64,000 nucleotides of DNA from Fidelibacterota bacterium. Lineage in GTDB: Bacteria; Fidelibacterota; UBA2242; JAFGTP01. Positions 50,643 through 60,142 of the stretch are shown here, one piece after another. The translations under genes were made by a program, and so were the position numbers. The number at the start of each line of letters is the position of its first letter. Within the stretch, counting starts at the first letter, position 1. The notes beneath the pieces were generated by a model that saw only the letters and a program-made list of their open reading frames with translations, did not search any database and was not told where the DNA came from. The DNA lies in contig JAFGTP010000054.1 of assembly GCA_016934035.1 (NCBI GenBank), positions 14,778-78,777 of the forward strand. Direction: 5' to 3'.

Positions 50643-52426
50643 AAAAGTTGTTATGTGGTTTTTTTTGCTGTGTCGCAGCATTACAGGCGGCAGATATTAA
50701 TCAGTTAATTGAGGATGGTTACATAATCATCGAAAATGAAACTGAAACTGAATTTGAAGAAATTCTCACCCATTTTATGGATGAACCGGTACTCTGGAAA
50801 ACGGCCACAGTTGCAAAACTGGAACACCTACCCCTCAATGGCTTTTTGAAAAACGCACTGGTCCTTTTTCGTCAAAAAAATGAACGGGTGGACAATTGGA
50901 AGGATTTTCAGGTTCTTTCCGGTTTTTCAGACCTGGAAATAGAAACCTTGCAATTATTTATCATTTTCAAGGAAAAGCGGGAAATGGAGGGCAGTGCCTG
51001 CAATTTTAACTCCCTCGTAGCCGGGGAAAAGGTCTCCATTGAAAAAAACCAAATGCGACTGAAATTTAAAATGACTGAAGGATGGTTGCTTGGGGGCATT
51101 GTTGAACGGGATTTGCACGAACGGCATGTTATTGATCATGTTAATTTTTCTGCCAGCAGTCCTCTTTTTTGGAAGAAAATTACTCTTTTTTTTGGCTCCT
51201 ATCGCGTTAATTGGGGGAGCGGTCTGTTTTTTAATTCTAATCCAATGAATGTGATCAGCAATTCGGGCAGTGGGACCTTTTACGCAACAAATGCAAAAAT
51301 TAAAAGCTACACCGGCAGTGATGAAAACAATCATTTTTGGGGGGCTGCAGTATCTTTTCAAATGCGATTATTCAGGCTTTACTCCTTTTATTCCGGCAAC
51401 AAACTGGATGGCAATTTTGAAAATGGAGCAGTAACGTCGCTGGACAACACCGGATATCATGTTTCTGAAACAGATGTTGACAACCATGACCGTTTAAAAA
51501 ACTATACGTTTGCCCTTGGAAGTGTGTGGGATAACGGTCATTTTCAGTCCGGAGGAATGACCTATTTTTCCGATTTTAACTATCCAATGCAGGATTATGA
51601 CAACCAGCGGCAAATATCCGGTGTTAGCTGGTTTCACCATTATCGGTTTCGCGAAAGCAGATCTGCCGGTGAAATCGCCTGGTCTTCAAATCAAAAATTC
51701 GGATTGACACAGGGATTTGTATTTGGAACAGATCAATTCCAAACAGGAATAAGCATCAGATATATTGAGCCGGGTTTTCAATCTCTTTCAGGAAGTACTG
51801 TTCGTCACTATAGCGGCAATCTGGAAAATGAAAAAGGGCTTTATTATTATTTTGGTTCAGCCATTGGTAAATCGACAAAAATATCTGTCTTCACGGATTT
51901 TCATTCAAGAATTGTCCCCACGGAAACGGGCATAGAAAGGCCCCAGGGAACTTTTTCTGGAATATATCTGAGACAAAAAATCAGGGGTCAATCCTTAATG
52001 GAGTTAAAAATATCCAGAAAAAATGATTTGGGCGTCATTAAAAAGAATATAGCAGTCAAAGTCAATTGTCAGCTATCCAGCCAAATCCATTGGATTAACC
52101 GCCTGTATTATACAAAAATTACCGATCAGCGGCATTTTAGTCAGGGATTCAGCACATATTTGGCGACTCAAAAGGAAAATCACCATTTCTCCCTTGGAAC
52201 CACACATTATTTTTCCAACAACAGTTCTTGCTACCTCTATGTTTATGAGCCCGGTATTCCCCTGCGGTACAATATGGTGACCCTGACGGGAACAGGGCGG
52301 AATTATTTTTTAAATTATTCTTTTCAGGCTAATCAAAAAACAAAGATTTTTATATCTGCCCGGCAATCCTACAAAAGCAATCAGAACAAATATTTGTTTC
52401 AAATACAATTGTTAGTTGCTTTATGA
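50621..52426 (+). CDS. ComEA-like helix-hairpin-helix domain fused to a predicted beta-barrel
   Basis: PVLWKTATVAKLEHLP...FRQKN...DFQVLSGF resembles HHH_3 (P.NLNTAT..EL..LP...YR...EL..V.G); the rest is aromatic beta-strands ending FQIQLLVAL. Confidence 0.6.
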   Translation: MYFSNQIKKLLCGFFCCVAALQAADINQLIEDGYIIIENETETEFEEILTHFMDEPVLWKTATVAKLEHLPLNGFLKNALVLFRQKNERVDNWKDFQVLSGFSDLEIETLQLFIIFKEKREMEGSACNFNSLVAGEKVSIEKNQMRLKFKMTEGWLLGGIVERDLHERHVIDHVNFSASSPLFWKKITLFFGSYRVNWGSGLFFNSNPMNVISNSGSGTFYATNAKIKSYTGSDENNHFWGAAVSFQMRLFRLYSFYSGNKLDGNFENGAVTSLDNTGYHVSETDVDNHDRLKNYTFALGSVWDNGHFQSGGMTYFSDFNYPMQDYDNQRQISGVSWFHHYRFRESRSAGEIAWSSNQKFGLTQGFVFGTDQFQTGISIRYIEPGFQSLSGSTVRHYSGNLENEKGLYYYFGSAIGKSTKISVFTDFHSRIVPTETGIERPQGTFSGIYLRQKIRGQSLMELKISRKNDLGVIKKNIAVKVNCQLSSQIHWINRLYYTKITDQRHFSQGFSTYLATQKENHHFSLGTTHYFSNNSSCYLYVYEPGIPLRYNMVTLTGTGRNYFLNYSFQANQKTKIFISARQSYKSNQNKYLFQIQLLVAL

Positions 52427-54000
52427 TAATGGGATTGTTAATTTTCCATGCCATGACACGAATAAAAACGCTTATCGTATTAATATTCTTCACAAATTGG
52501 TTATGGGCCGATTTACAGATAAACCTTGAGGGTAATAAGGATATTACACTTCGGACGGTGAATTTTGGTGAAACCCCCTACTTTTCTGCCAGTCGAATGG
52601 CAGAGGAACATGAAATTCGAATATACAATCGTAAAGAAACGGGAAAATTTGTCTTTTATTTTCCAGCCAATCAGGTCAAAATTACGGCTAACAGCTCTTT
52701 TATAATGATAGGCCGGCAAATGGTGCACATGGTTGCTCCGGCTATTCAAGCCGGAGAAGAAATTTTTGTGCCGGTTCATTCTTTTTCAAAAATATTGAAG
52801 GACAATATTTATTCGGCATTGCAATATTCCTATGCCGCTGATGATTCTGCCCTGGTGTTTGCCATTCCCGGTCATCTCCAAACCAGCCAAACTGTGACCG
52901 GATCGTCGGAGGGAGTTTATCTGCAGAGCATTGATTTTGAGGAGAAAAAAAATGGCACAACAATCATCCTCCAGACCAACGGAAATTTTGGCGAAGATGA
53001 TTTTAGCTCATTTTTTAAAGACAATAATTATTTTTATTTTACAATCTATAAATGTCGGGCCGAAGAAAGACGGATAAATGACCAGAACCCCACCCGATCT
53101 ATTTCATCCGTGAAAGCCTACTCCAATGAAAACTCGACGCAATTGGTTTTCCATCTGACAAAAAATTTCAATTCTGCGGATATATTTTTTAATCCCGGGA
53201 CAAGACAAATTGTAATATCCCTCTTTCTCCCTCTAAATGAAGAGATCAAGGAAAAAATTTCCAGTGCGAAAGAAACCTGGACCATTGACACCATTGTGCT
53301 GGATCCCGGTCACGGTGGTATGGATCCGGGTACGCCAAGCCGCTGGAAAAATATGATGCATGAAAAAGACATTGTTCTGGATGTTGTTCAGCGCTTGGGT
53401 AAATTACTAGAAAAAGAAACCGATCTCAATGTCGTTTACACTCGAAAAACAGACGTGGCTGTTCCCCTTTGGAAACGGACCCAGATTGCCAATGATGCAA
53501 AGGGCAAATTATTTATCAGCATCCATGTTGATGGGGTGGATAGCAAACAGGCCCATGGCTTTTCCAGTTGGTTGCTGCGTCCCGGGCGGTCTGAAGATGC
53601 GATCAAAGTGGCCGAAAAGGAGAATGCCGTGATTCAGATGGAAACCGCAGAGGATAAAAAAAGATATGAAAACTATGATAATGTGACTGCTATACTTGCA
53701 AATCTGGTCCACTCCTCCAATATGATGGAAAGTGAAGTCTTTGCGGAAATTTTATCCAAAAACGTCACTCAAAAAGTGCCCCAGAAAAATCGTGGCGTGA
53801 AACAGGCCGGACTCTATGTTCTTGTGGGCGCAGACATGCCAAAAGTATTGATTGAATTGGGGTTTAATTCCAACTACGAAGAGGCTAAAAAATTGAATGA
53901 CCGTCGTCATCGTCAATTACTGGCGGAGACAATTTTTAACAGTATTGTTGAATTTAAAATTCATTGTGACAAAGATATTAATCAATATGAATCTGACTAA
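52423..54000 (+). CDS. N-acetylmuramoyl-L-alanine amidase (Amidase_3) with N-terminal targeting domains
   Basis: LDPGHGG, EKD, ISIH and LIELGF zinc/catalytic residues; autoinhibitory VAEKEN helix. Confidence 0.92.
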   Translation: MIMGLLIFHAMTRIKTLIVLIFFTNWLWADLQINLEGNKDITLRTVNFGETPYFSASRMAEEHEIRIYNRKETGKFVFYFPANQVKITANSSFIMIGRQMVHMVAPAIQAGEEIFVPVHSFSKILKDNIYSALQYSYAADDSALVFAIPGHLQTSQTVTGSSEGVYLQSIDFEEKKNGTTIILQTNGNFGEDDFSSFFKDNNYFYFTIYKCRAEERRINDQNPTRSISSVKAYSNENSTQLVFHLTKNFNSADIFFNPGTRQIVISLFLPLNEEIKEKISSAKETWTIDTIVLDPGHGGMDPGTPSRWKNMMHEKDIVLDVVQRLGKLLEKETDLNVVYTRKTDVAVPLWKRTQIANDAKGKLFISIHVDGVDSKQAHGFSSWLLRPGRSEDAIKVAEKENAVIQMETAEDKKRYENYDNVTAILANLVHSSNMMESEVFAEILSKNVTQKVPQKNRGVKQAGLYVLVGADMPKVLIELGFNSNYEEAKKLNDRRHRQLLAETIFNSIVEFKIHCDKDINQYESD

Positions 54001-55414
54001 TTACTTATCAAAATCAGAAATCAGAAGAAGAGCCGGCCAAATTCGAAAGATTTTCTTTTTTCGTGTTTGCGGGACGGGTATGGGGACCGCAGCAATATTG
54101 CTAAAAAATGCTGGCTTTGAGGTCGAAGGATATGATCAGGAATTTTCTCCGCCCATGAGCACCTATCTGGAATCCACACAAATACCCCTCCATCGACAGG
54201 TGTCTGATGAATTGCTGAAGGCCTTTGACCTGATTGTGACAGGTAATGTCGTTCGAAAAGACAGCGAAGACGCTTGCCTGATTGAGGAATGTGGTGTGCC
54301 CTTTGCCTCTTTTCCGTCGACACTGGGATCTCTGATTTTGGATGATCGGGAAGTTGTTGGAATTGCCGGCACACACGGCAAAACCACCACTACCTGGCTG
54401 GCAACCCAAATTTATGAAAAATTCGGGCAAGACCCGGGTTATTTTATCGGAGGTGTCCTTGAGGGACGGGATTCTGGTCGAATCGGAAGCGGAAAATTTT
54501 TCATTGAATCCGATGAATATGATAGCGCTTATTTTGAAAAAGTATCCAAATTCAGAAAATATTCACTGGACCATATGATCTTGACATCCCTGGAATTTGA
54601 CCATGCAGATATATTTCAAAACCTGGAGGAGATCATTGCGCAATTTTCTGAAATTTTGCCAGACCTCAAGGGGAAAATAATCGCCAATGATGATTATCCT
54701 GCAATATGCAAATTATATAATAAAAATATTACTTCCTCCGACTGGATTTTTTATGGTAAAAATACATCTGTCGGACCGTTTCTTGTAACAGGATCAAAAG
54801 ACCGAACCAGCTTCAAATTACTTCTGGACAGGGAATATTATTTTGAAACCAATCTTTGTGGTTATCATAATATTCTTAACCTCTCAGCGGTCATTCTTTA
54901 TGCTCTTTCCGACGGATATAACTATAATGAAATTAAAAGGGCTATTCTGAATCTGGAAATGGTAAAAAGACGCCAAGAATTCAGAGGCACCTACAAAGGG
55001 GCAATCCTCATTGATGATTTTGCCCATCACCCCAGAGCAGTGGAGATGACGATTGAAGCCATCAGACAAAAATATCCACAGAAACACTTTACTGTCTTTC
55101 TGGAACCCCGCAGTGCTACTGCCAGGAGCAATATCTTTCAGGCGGAATTTGCCCAAGCTTTACAAAAAGCCGGCAATGTGGTTATCATTCAACCTAACCC
55201 GACAACAGTGAAATTTGCCGGTGATTTAGATACTCAAAGACTGGCCGCAGAACTGAAAAATATGAATATTCCCGCAAAGGTTGTAGCCGAATTACCTGAA
55301 CTGCTGAATGAAATCGAGCATAACATCGGCCGGGACAATCTGCTGTTGTTTCTGTCAAACGCCAACTGTCTGGGACTCTGGAAATCAGACTTTATCAAAG
55401 AAATAAAAAAATAA
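53987..55414 (+). CDS. mpl: murein tripeptide ligase Mpl
   Basis: CGTGMG, PPMST, AGTHGKTTT, EsDEYDSAYF.K.SKF, LEFDHADIF, DDFAHHP and EPRSAT. ATG 53987 chosen. Confidence 0.88.
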   Translation: MNLTNYLSKSEIRRRAGQIRKIFFFRVCGTGMGTAAILLKNAGFEVEGYDQEFSPPMSTYLESTQIPLHRQVSDELLKAFDLIVTGNVVRKDSEDACLIEECGVPFASFPSTLGSLILDDREVVGIAGTHGKTTTTWLATQIYEKFGQDPGYFIGGVLEGRDSGRIGSGKFFIESDEYDSAYFEKVSKFRKYSLDHMILTSLEFDHADIFQNLEEIIAQFSEILPDLKGKIIANDDYPAICKLYNKNITSSDWIFYGKNTSVGPFLVTGSKDRTSFKLLLDREYYFETNLCGYHNILNLSAVILYALSDGYNYNEIKRAILNLEMVKRRQEFRGTYKGAILIDDFAHHPRAVEMTIEAIRQKYPQKHFTVFLEPRSATARSNIFQAEFAQALQKAGNVVIIQPNPTTVKFAGDLDTQRLAAELKNMNIPAKVVAELPELLNEIEHNIGRDNLLLFLSNANCLGLWKSDFIKEIKK

Positions 55415-55456
55415 TTATTCTGAAGTATTTAATATCACAAAATCATCGGGAAAATC

Positions 55457-56722
55457 ATGCAAGATTCTCTTCAGTTTAAACTGGATCAGCTGTTTCAACT
55501 TCGCACCCGTGGAATTAAACCGGGATTGGATCGCATCAATCAATTACTTGATTTTTTAGAGCACCCGGAAAAGCATTATCCCATTATCCATGTTGCCGGT
55601 ACAAACGGTAAAGGATCCACCTGCCGAGTGGTCCAGGCCCTGCTTTCAGCTGCCGGGTACAGGGTGGGACTATACACATCACCCCACCTGCTCCGGTTCA
55701 GTGAGCGAATCAGGATTGATGATCAGCAAATCACCGATGACGAATTGTTGCAATTGTTCACTAAATTTGACCAATATATGGACCAATCAAAAGCCACCTT
55801 TTTTGAAATTACTACAGCTATGGCCCTGGATTATTTTTTTCATAAAAAGGTGGATATTGCCGTGTTGGAAGTAGGTTTGGGTGGAAGGTTTGATGCCACC
55901 AATGCGGTAACACCGGAGATTGCCGTTATAACGTCGATTGGCCGAGACCATGAGGAATTCCTGGGCTACAGCATTCAATCGATAGCTTCGGAAAAGGCTG
56001 GTATACTCAAAGAAAATATTCCCTTGGTTCTGGCCAGGCAAACTGAGCCGGAAGCCCGAAAAACGATAAAAAAGATAGCCCAAATAAAAAAAGTTAAGAT
56101 TATTTCTGCAGATGATACTTGTAATATTCAAATCAATCAAGTAAGTTTAGCCGGTTACAGTTTAAACCTACAAATACAAAATCAGTTTTTTAAAAATATA
56201 AATTTTCCATTGTTGGGCGACCATCAATTAGAAAATTTTGCCACTGCTCTTTCAATAATAACTTTCTTTCCGAAAATAAAATTGAATATGGAGTTCATAA
56301 ATTCTGGATTGAAAAGTTTGAAAAATCCTGCCAGATTTGAACTGATTGATGAAAATCCTGCAGTTATTTATGATGTTGCACATAACCTTTCGGGAATAAA
56401 GGTCACTATTGATTGTGCAAAAAAAATATTTTCAACAGCCGATGTTTTCATTGCCATGAAGGCTTCTAAAAACCTTGATAATCTGGGTTTACTATTAAAA
56501 GAATTACAAGGTAAAGTATATATCTCCGAAATAGAAGGAGAGGATTCGAAAGACAGCATGGAGATTTACAACCAGATCCTAAGAGATATAGAAAAAACAA
56601 GATTAGTTCGAAATCCGGATTTGGATACCTTACTACAACAAGCGATAAAAAAGAGAGAGAGACCACTCATTATTCTAGGTAGTCATTATATGGCTAAAAA
56701 CATATATAAATACAAAAAATGA
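55457..56722 (+). CDS. folC: bifunctional folylpolyglutamate/dihydrofolate synthase
   Basis: HVAGTNGKGS, YTSPHL..F.ERI, TFFE, EVGLGGRFDATN, EKAGI, D.AHN and GS.Y. Confidence 0.94.
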   Translation: MQDSLQFKLDQLFQLRTRGIKPGLDRINQLLDFLEHPEKHYPIIHVAGTNGKGSTCRVVQALLSAAGYRVGLYTSPHLLRFSERIRIDDQQITDDELLQLFTKFDQYMDQSKATFFEITTAMALDYFFHKKVDIAVLEVGLGGRFDATNAVTPEIAVITSIGRDHEEFLGYSIQSIASEKAGILKENIPLVLARQTEPEARKTIKKIAQIKKVKIISADDTCNIQINQVSLAGYSLNLQIQNQFFKNINFPLLGDHQLENFATALSIITFFPKIKLNMEFINSGLKSLKNPARFELIDENPAVIYDVAHNLSGIKVTIDCAKKIFSTADVFIAMKASKNLDNLGLLLKELQGKVYISEIEGEDSKDSMEIYNQILRDIEKTRLVRNPDLDTLLQQAIKKRERPLIILGSHYMAKNIYKYKK

Positions 56723-56723
56723 A

Positions 56724-56752
56724 TTGACAAATCAAAGTAAGAATTATAATTT
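56724..56752 (+). promoter_or_regulatory. sigma70 promoter of rho
   Basis: TTGACA at 56724, then TATAAT (15-bp spacer) or overlapping TAATTT (17-bp spacer). Confidence 0.7.
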
Positions 56753-56851
56753 AAAATTACACAAACGTTAAATCTCCTATTCAATCCCTGCCCAAAATTA
56801 TAGCAGTGAATAAATTTATTTAACAATAAAATAATACGAAGGAAACACAAA

Positions 56852-58111
56852 ATGGACAGAAAGTTGGACATCACCACACTTAAGAACATGAAACTTAAGG
56901 AATTGACGGATGTTGCACAGGAACTGGAAATCAAGAAATGGCAAGGCCTCAAAAAACCCACCTTAATCTATAAAATTTTAAAAGCGGTCGCAGAAAAAAA
57001 CGGAAAAATTTTCGCCGGTGGAATATTGGAAGTAATGCCCGACGGTTTTGGTTTTCTCAGATCAGAAGAATTCAGTTATCTTGCTTCACCTGAGGACATC
57101 TATGTATCACCGTCCCAAATCAAAAAGTTTGGTTTACGAACCGGTCACAAAATCTATGGTCAGGTCAGGCCGCCTAAAGATAAAGAGAGATATTTTGCCC
57201 TGTTGAAAATAGATGCGGTCAACATGATGGATCCAGCCGAGATTAAATCCATTAAGCCCTTTGACAAATTGACCCCTCTTTACCCGCAAAGCAGAATTCA
57301 GCTGGAAACCGATGCTAAAGGATACTCCATGAGAATCATGGATCTTCTCTGCCCCATTGGAAAAGGCCAGAGAGGACTGATTGTGGCCCAGCCTAAAACC
57401 GGAAAAACAATCCTTCTTCAGCAAATTGCTAATTCAATTACAACAAACCATCCGGAAGTGATTCTTCTGGTCTTGTTGATCGATGAAAGACCGGAAGAAG
57501 TGACGGATATGGAACGATCGGTTGAGGCAGAAGTCATCAGTTCAACTTTCGATGAGCCACCGGAACGCCACGTGCAGGTTGCTGATATGGTCTTAGAAAA
57601 AGCCAAGCGGCTGGTGGAACTGGGTTTTCATGTGGTTATCTTATTGGACAGTATTACCCGTCTGGGGCGCGCCCACAATGCTGTGGTTCCCCATTCAGGA
57701 AAAATCCTCTCCGGAGGTATTGATGCCAACGCAATGCACAAACCTAAGCGCTTTTTTGGGGCTGCCCGGAACGTTGAAGAGGGTGGCAGTTTGACCATTA
57801 TTGCCACGGCCCTGATTGATACCGGAAGCCGAATGGATGATGTAATTTTTGAAGAATTTAAAGGAACCGGTAACATGGAGCTGGCTCTGGATAGGTCACT
57901 CAGCAATCGTCGCCTTTTCCCGGCTATCGATGTAAATGCATCCAGCACACGTAAAGAAGAACTGCTGTTATCCGCAACGGAACTGGCCCGAATCTGGATC
58001 ATTCGCAAATTCCTGAATGAAATGAAACCCGTTGAAGCCATGGAATTTTTACTGGCGAAAATGAAGCGGACCCAGAATAATCGGGAATTTTTGAAATCAA
58101 TGAATCAATAA
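56852..58111 (+). CDS. rho: transcription termination factor Rho
   Basis: [44 protein letters not shown] and EEFKGTGN. Confidence 0.98.
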   Translation: MDRKLDITTLKNMKLKELTDVAQELEIKKWQGLKKPTLIYKILKAVAEKNGKIFAGGILEVMPDGFGFLRSEEFSYLASPEDIYVSPSQIKKFGLRTGHKIYGQVRPPKDKERYFALLKIDAVNMMDPAEIKSIKPFDKLTPLYPQSRIQLETDAKGYSMRIMDLLCPIGKGQRGLIVAQPKTGKTILLQQIANSITTNHPEVILLVLLIDERPEEVTDMERSVEAEVISSTFDEPPERHVQVADMVLEKAKRLVELGFHVVILLDSITRLGRAHNAVVPHSGKILSGGIDANAMHKPKRFFGAARNVEEGGSLTIIATALIDTGSRMDDVIFEEFKGTGNMELALDRSLSNRRLFPAIDVNASSTRKEELLLSATELARIWIIRKFLNEMKPVEAMEFLLAKMKRTQNNREFLKSMNQ

Positions 58112-58139
58112 CTAATTTCAATTGATATATTTTTAATAG

Positions 58140-58168
58140 GCCCAATAAAATTTATTGGGCTTTTTTTT
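58140..58168 (+). terminator. intrinsic terminator after rho
   Basis: GCCCAATAAA-A-TTTATTGGGC followed by T8. Confidence 0.88.
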
Positions 58169-58240
58169 GCTATTTATTTCTAAATTATCTAATAAATAAT
58201 CATTCTTTATTAAAAATCTAAACAAATCAGAAGAAGCCTT

Positions 58241-60142
58241 ATGAAAACGGAATTAGAACAAAAAATTGAAAAACTTGAAAAAGAAAACCAGGCATTAAAA
58301 AATGATTTGAAATACTATTCCTCGCTCCTGCAAAACCAGAATGATGCTGTCATCATTCATGACTTTAACGGGGAAATTATTGCCTGGGACAAAGGCGCCG
58401 AATCGATTCTGGGCTGGAAACAGCAGGAGTTATTATCCACTGAAATTTTCCGATTGATACCTGACAACAGGCAGAGTCAGTACAAACAGTTTATCAATCA
58501 AATTTTGGAGGACCGGGCCCCGGACTATCTGGAAACGCAAAAATTACATCGGGATGGGAGTATCAGGGATATCTGGCTGACGTATCGGCTGGTTGGCGGT
58601 GAAACACCCTATGCCATTGCAACCACGGAGCGTGACATTACAGAAAGTAAAAAAGCAGCGGAACGCATACGGCAAAGTGAAGAAAAGTACCAGATATTAG
58701 TCAACTCTCTCGCTGATGGAATTATTCTGATGGATGAAAATTTGAACTTTTTGTTGACAAATCCTGCTACAGAAAAAATATTATTTACACCCAAAGAAGA
58801 TCTTGCCCCTAAGACTTTTTATGATTTTTTAGACCAGAGAAACAGGATCGTATTTGATAAACAATTGCATGACCCTGAGGACAAAATTAAAAATTTTGAA
58901 ATTGATGTACAACGGGCTGACGGCGAAAACAGACTTCTTCAAATGACCATGTCATCACCTCTGGATCACGGGAATCAAAAAAATATCCTCTGCATTCTAA
59001 GGGATATTACCGACATCAAACACATGGAAGATGAATTGATCAAAGCAGACAAACTTGAATCTCTTGGACTGTTGGCCGGCGGTATTGCTCATGATTTCAA
59101 TAATATTCTGTCCATTATCAATGGCAATGTGACTCTGGCAAAAATGAGTATCAACAATAAAGAAAAATTAAATGAGCGGTTGGACAGAATTATTACTGCC
59201 AATGAAAGGGCAAAACAGCTGACGCAACAAATTTCCACCTTGTCCAAAGGACATTCGGTCAGCAAATCAGAAATTTCCGTGATCCGGCTAGTCAATGAAA
59301 GTGTCAGCCTGGCCCTGAAAACTAAAAAAATTCATCACGAAATTGATATGCCGGAGGAATTGCCCTTTATTTATGCCGATGAGGGACAGTTGAGCCAGGT
59401 ACTGAACAATTTGCTGATCAATGCTTCCCACGCCATTGATTCGAGTCACGGGCTGGTCCGAATAATCGTCAACAGTCAAAAGCTGGAGCCCCAGAACAAG
59501 TACGCCTTGCGGGAAGGTCAATATATACAATTCAAAGTGGTAGATAATGGATGTGGCATTCCGGAAGAAAACCTTAAAAAAATTTTTGATCCCTATTTCA
59601 CAACCAAATCCCATGGAACCGGCCTGGGATTATCAACATCAATTTCAATCATTAAAAAACACTATGGCGCCTTGCTGGTTGAATCAAAAGTCAATGTCGG
59701 GACTACTTTTACGATTTTCATACCAACTACGCAATTGACCCGGACAGAAACCGAAGTGAGAATGGCCGCATCCAGTGGCAAAGTCCTGTTTATGGATGAT
59801 GAGGAGACCATTCTTTCTATTGCCGAGTTATTTTTTCAAAAATTGAACTACGAGGCTGTCCTGGTTTCCGATGGAATGACAGCCCTGGATCTTTACCAGA
59901 GCCATTATAAAGAGGGAAAACCTTTTGATTTTGTTTTTCTCGATCTGAATATTCCCAAAGGTATGAGTGGCTTTGAATGTTCCCGGGAAATATTGAAAAT
60001 CAATCCCGATGCCAAAATCATCGCTGTCAGCGGCAATGTCAATTTATCCGAATACAAAGACCACGGATTCATCAAAGCCCTGAAAAAACCTATTCGTATT
60101 GCCAATGTGCAGGCGGTGATGAAAGAATTATCGAAAAATTAA
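58241..60142 (+). CDS. cytoplasmic PAS-PAS hybrid histidine kinase/response regulator
   Basis: Two PAS/PAC domains, H-box IAHDFNN, N/G1/F/G2 boxes (DNGCGI, PYFTTK, GTGLGL) and REC (MDDE, FLD, KP). Confidence 0.93.
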   Translation: MKTELEQKIEKLEKENQALKNDLKYYSSLLQNQNDAVIIHDFNGEIIAWDKGAESILGWKQQELLSTEIFRLIPDNRQSQYKQFINQILEDRAPDYLETQKLHRDGSIRDIWLTYRLVGGETPYAIATTERDITESKKAAERIRQSEEKYQILVNSLADGIILMDENLNFLLTNPATEKILFTPKEDLAPKTFYDFLDQRNRIVFDKQLHDPEDKIKNFEIDVQRADGENRLLQMTMSSPLDHGNQKNILCILRDITDIKHMEDELIKADKLESLGLLAGGIAHDFNNILSIINGNVTLAKMSINNKEKLNERLDRIITANERAKQLTQQISTLSKGHSVSKSEISVIRLVNESVSLALKTKKIHHEIDMPEELPFIYADEGQLSQVLNNLLINASHAIDSSHGLVRIIVNSQKLEPQNKYALREGQYIQFKVVDNGCGIPEENLKKIFDPYFTTKSHGTGLGLSTSISIIKKHYGALLVESKVNVGTTFTIFIPTTQLTRTETEVRMAASSGKVLFMDDEETILSIAELFFQKLNYEAVLVSDGMTALDLYQSHYKEGKPFDFVFLDLNIPKGMSGFECSREILKINPDAKIIAVSGNVNLSEYKDHGFIKALKKPIRIANVQAVMKELSKN

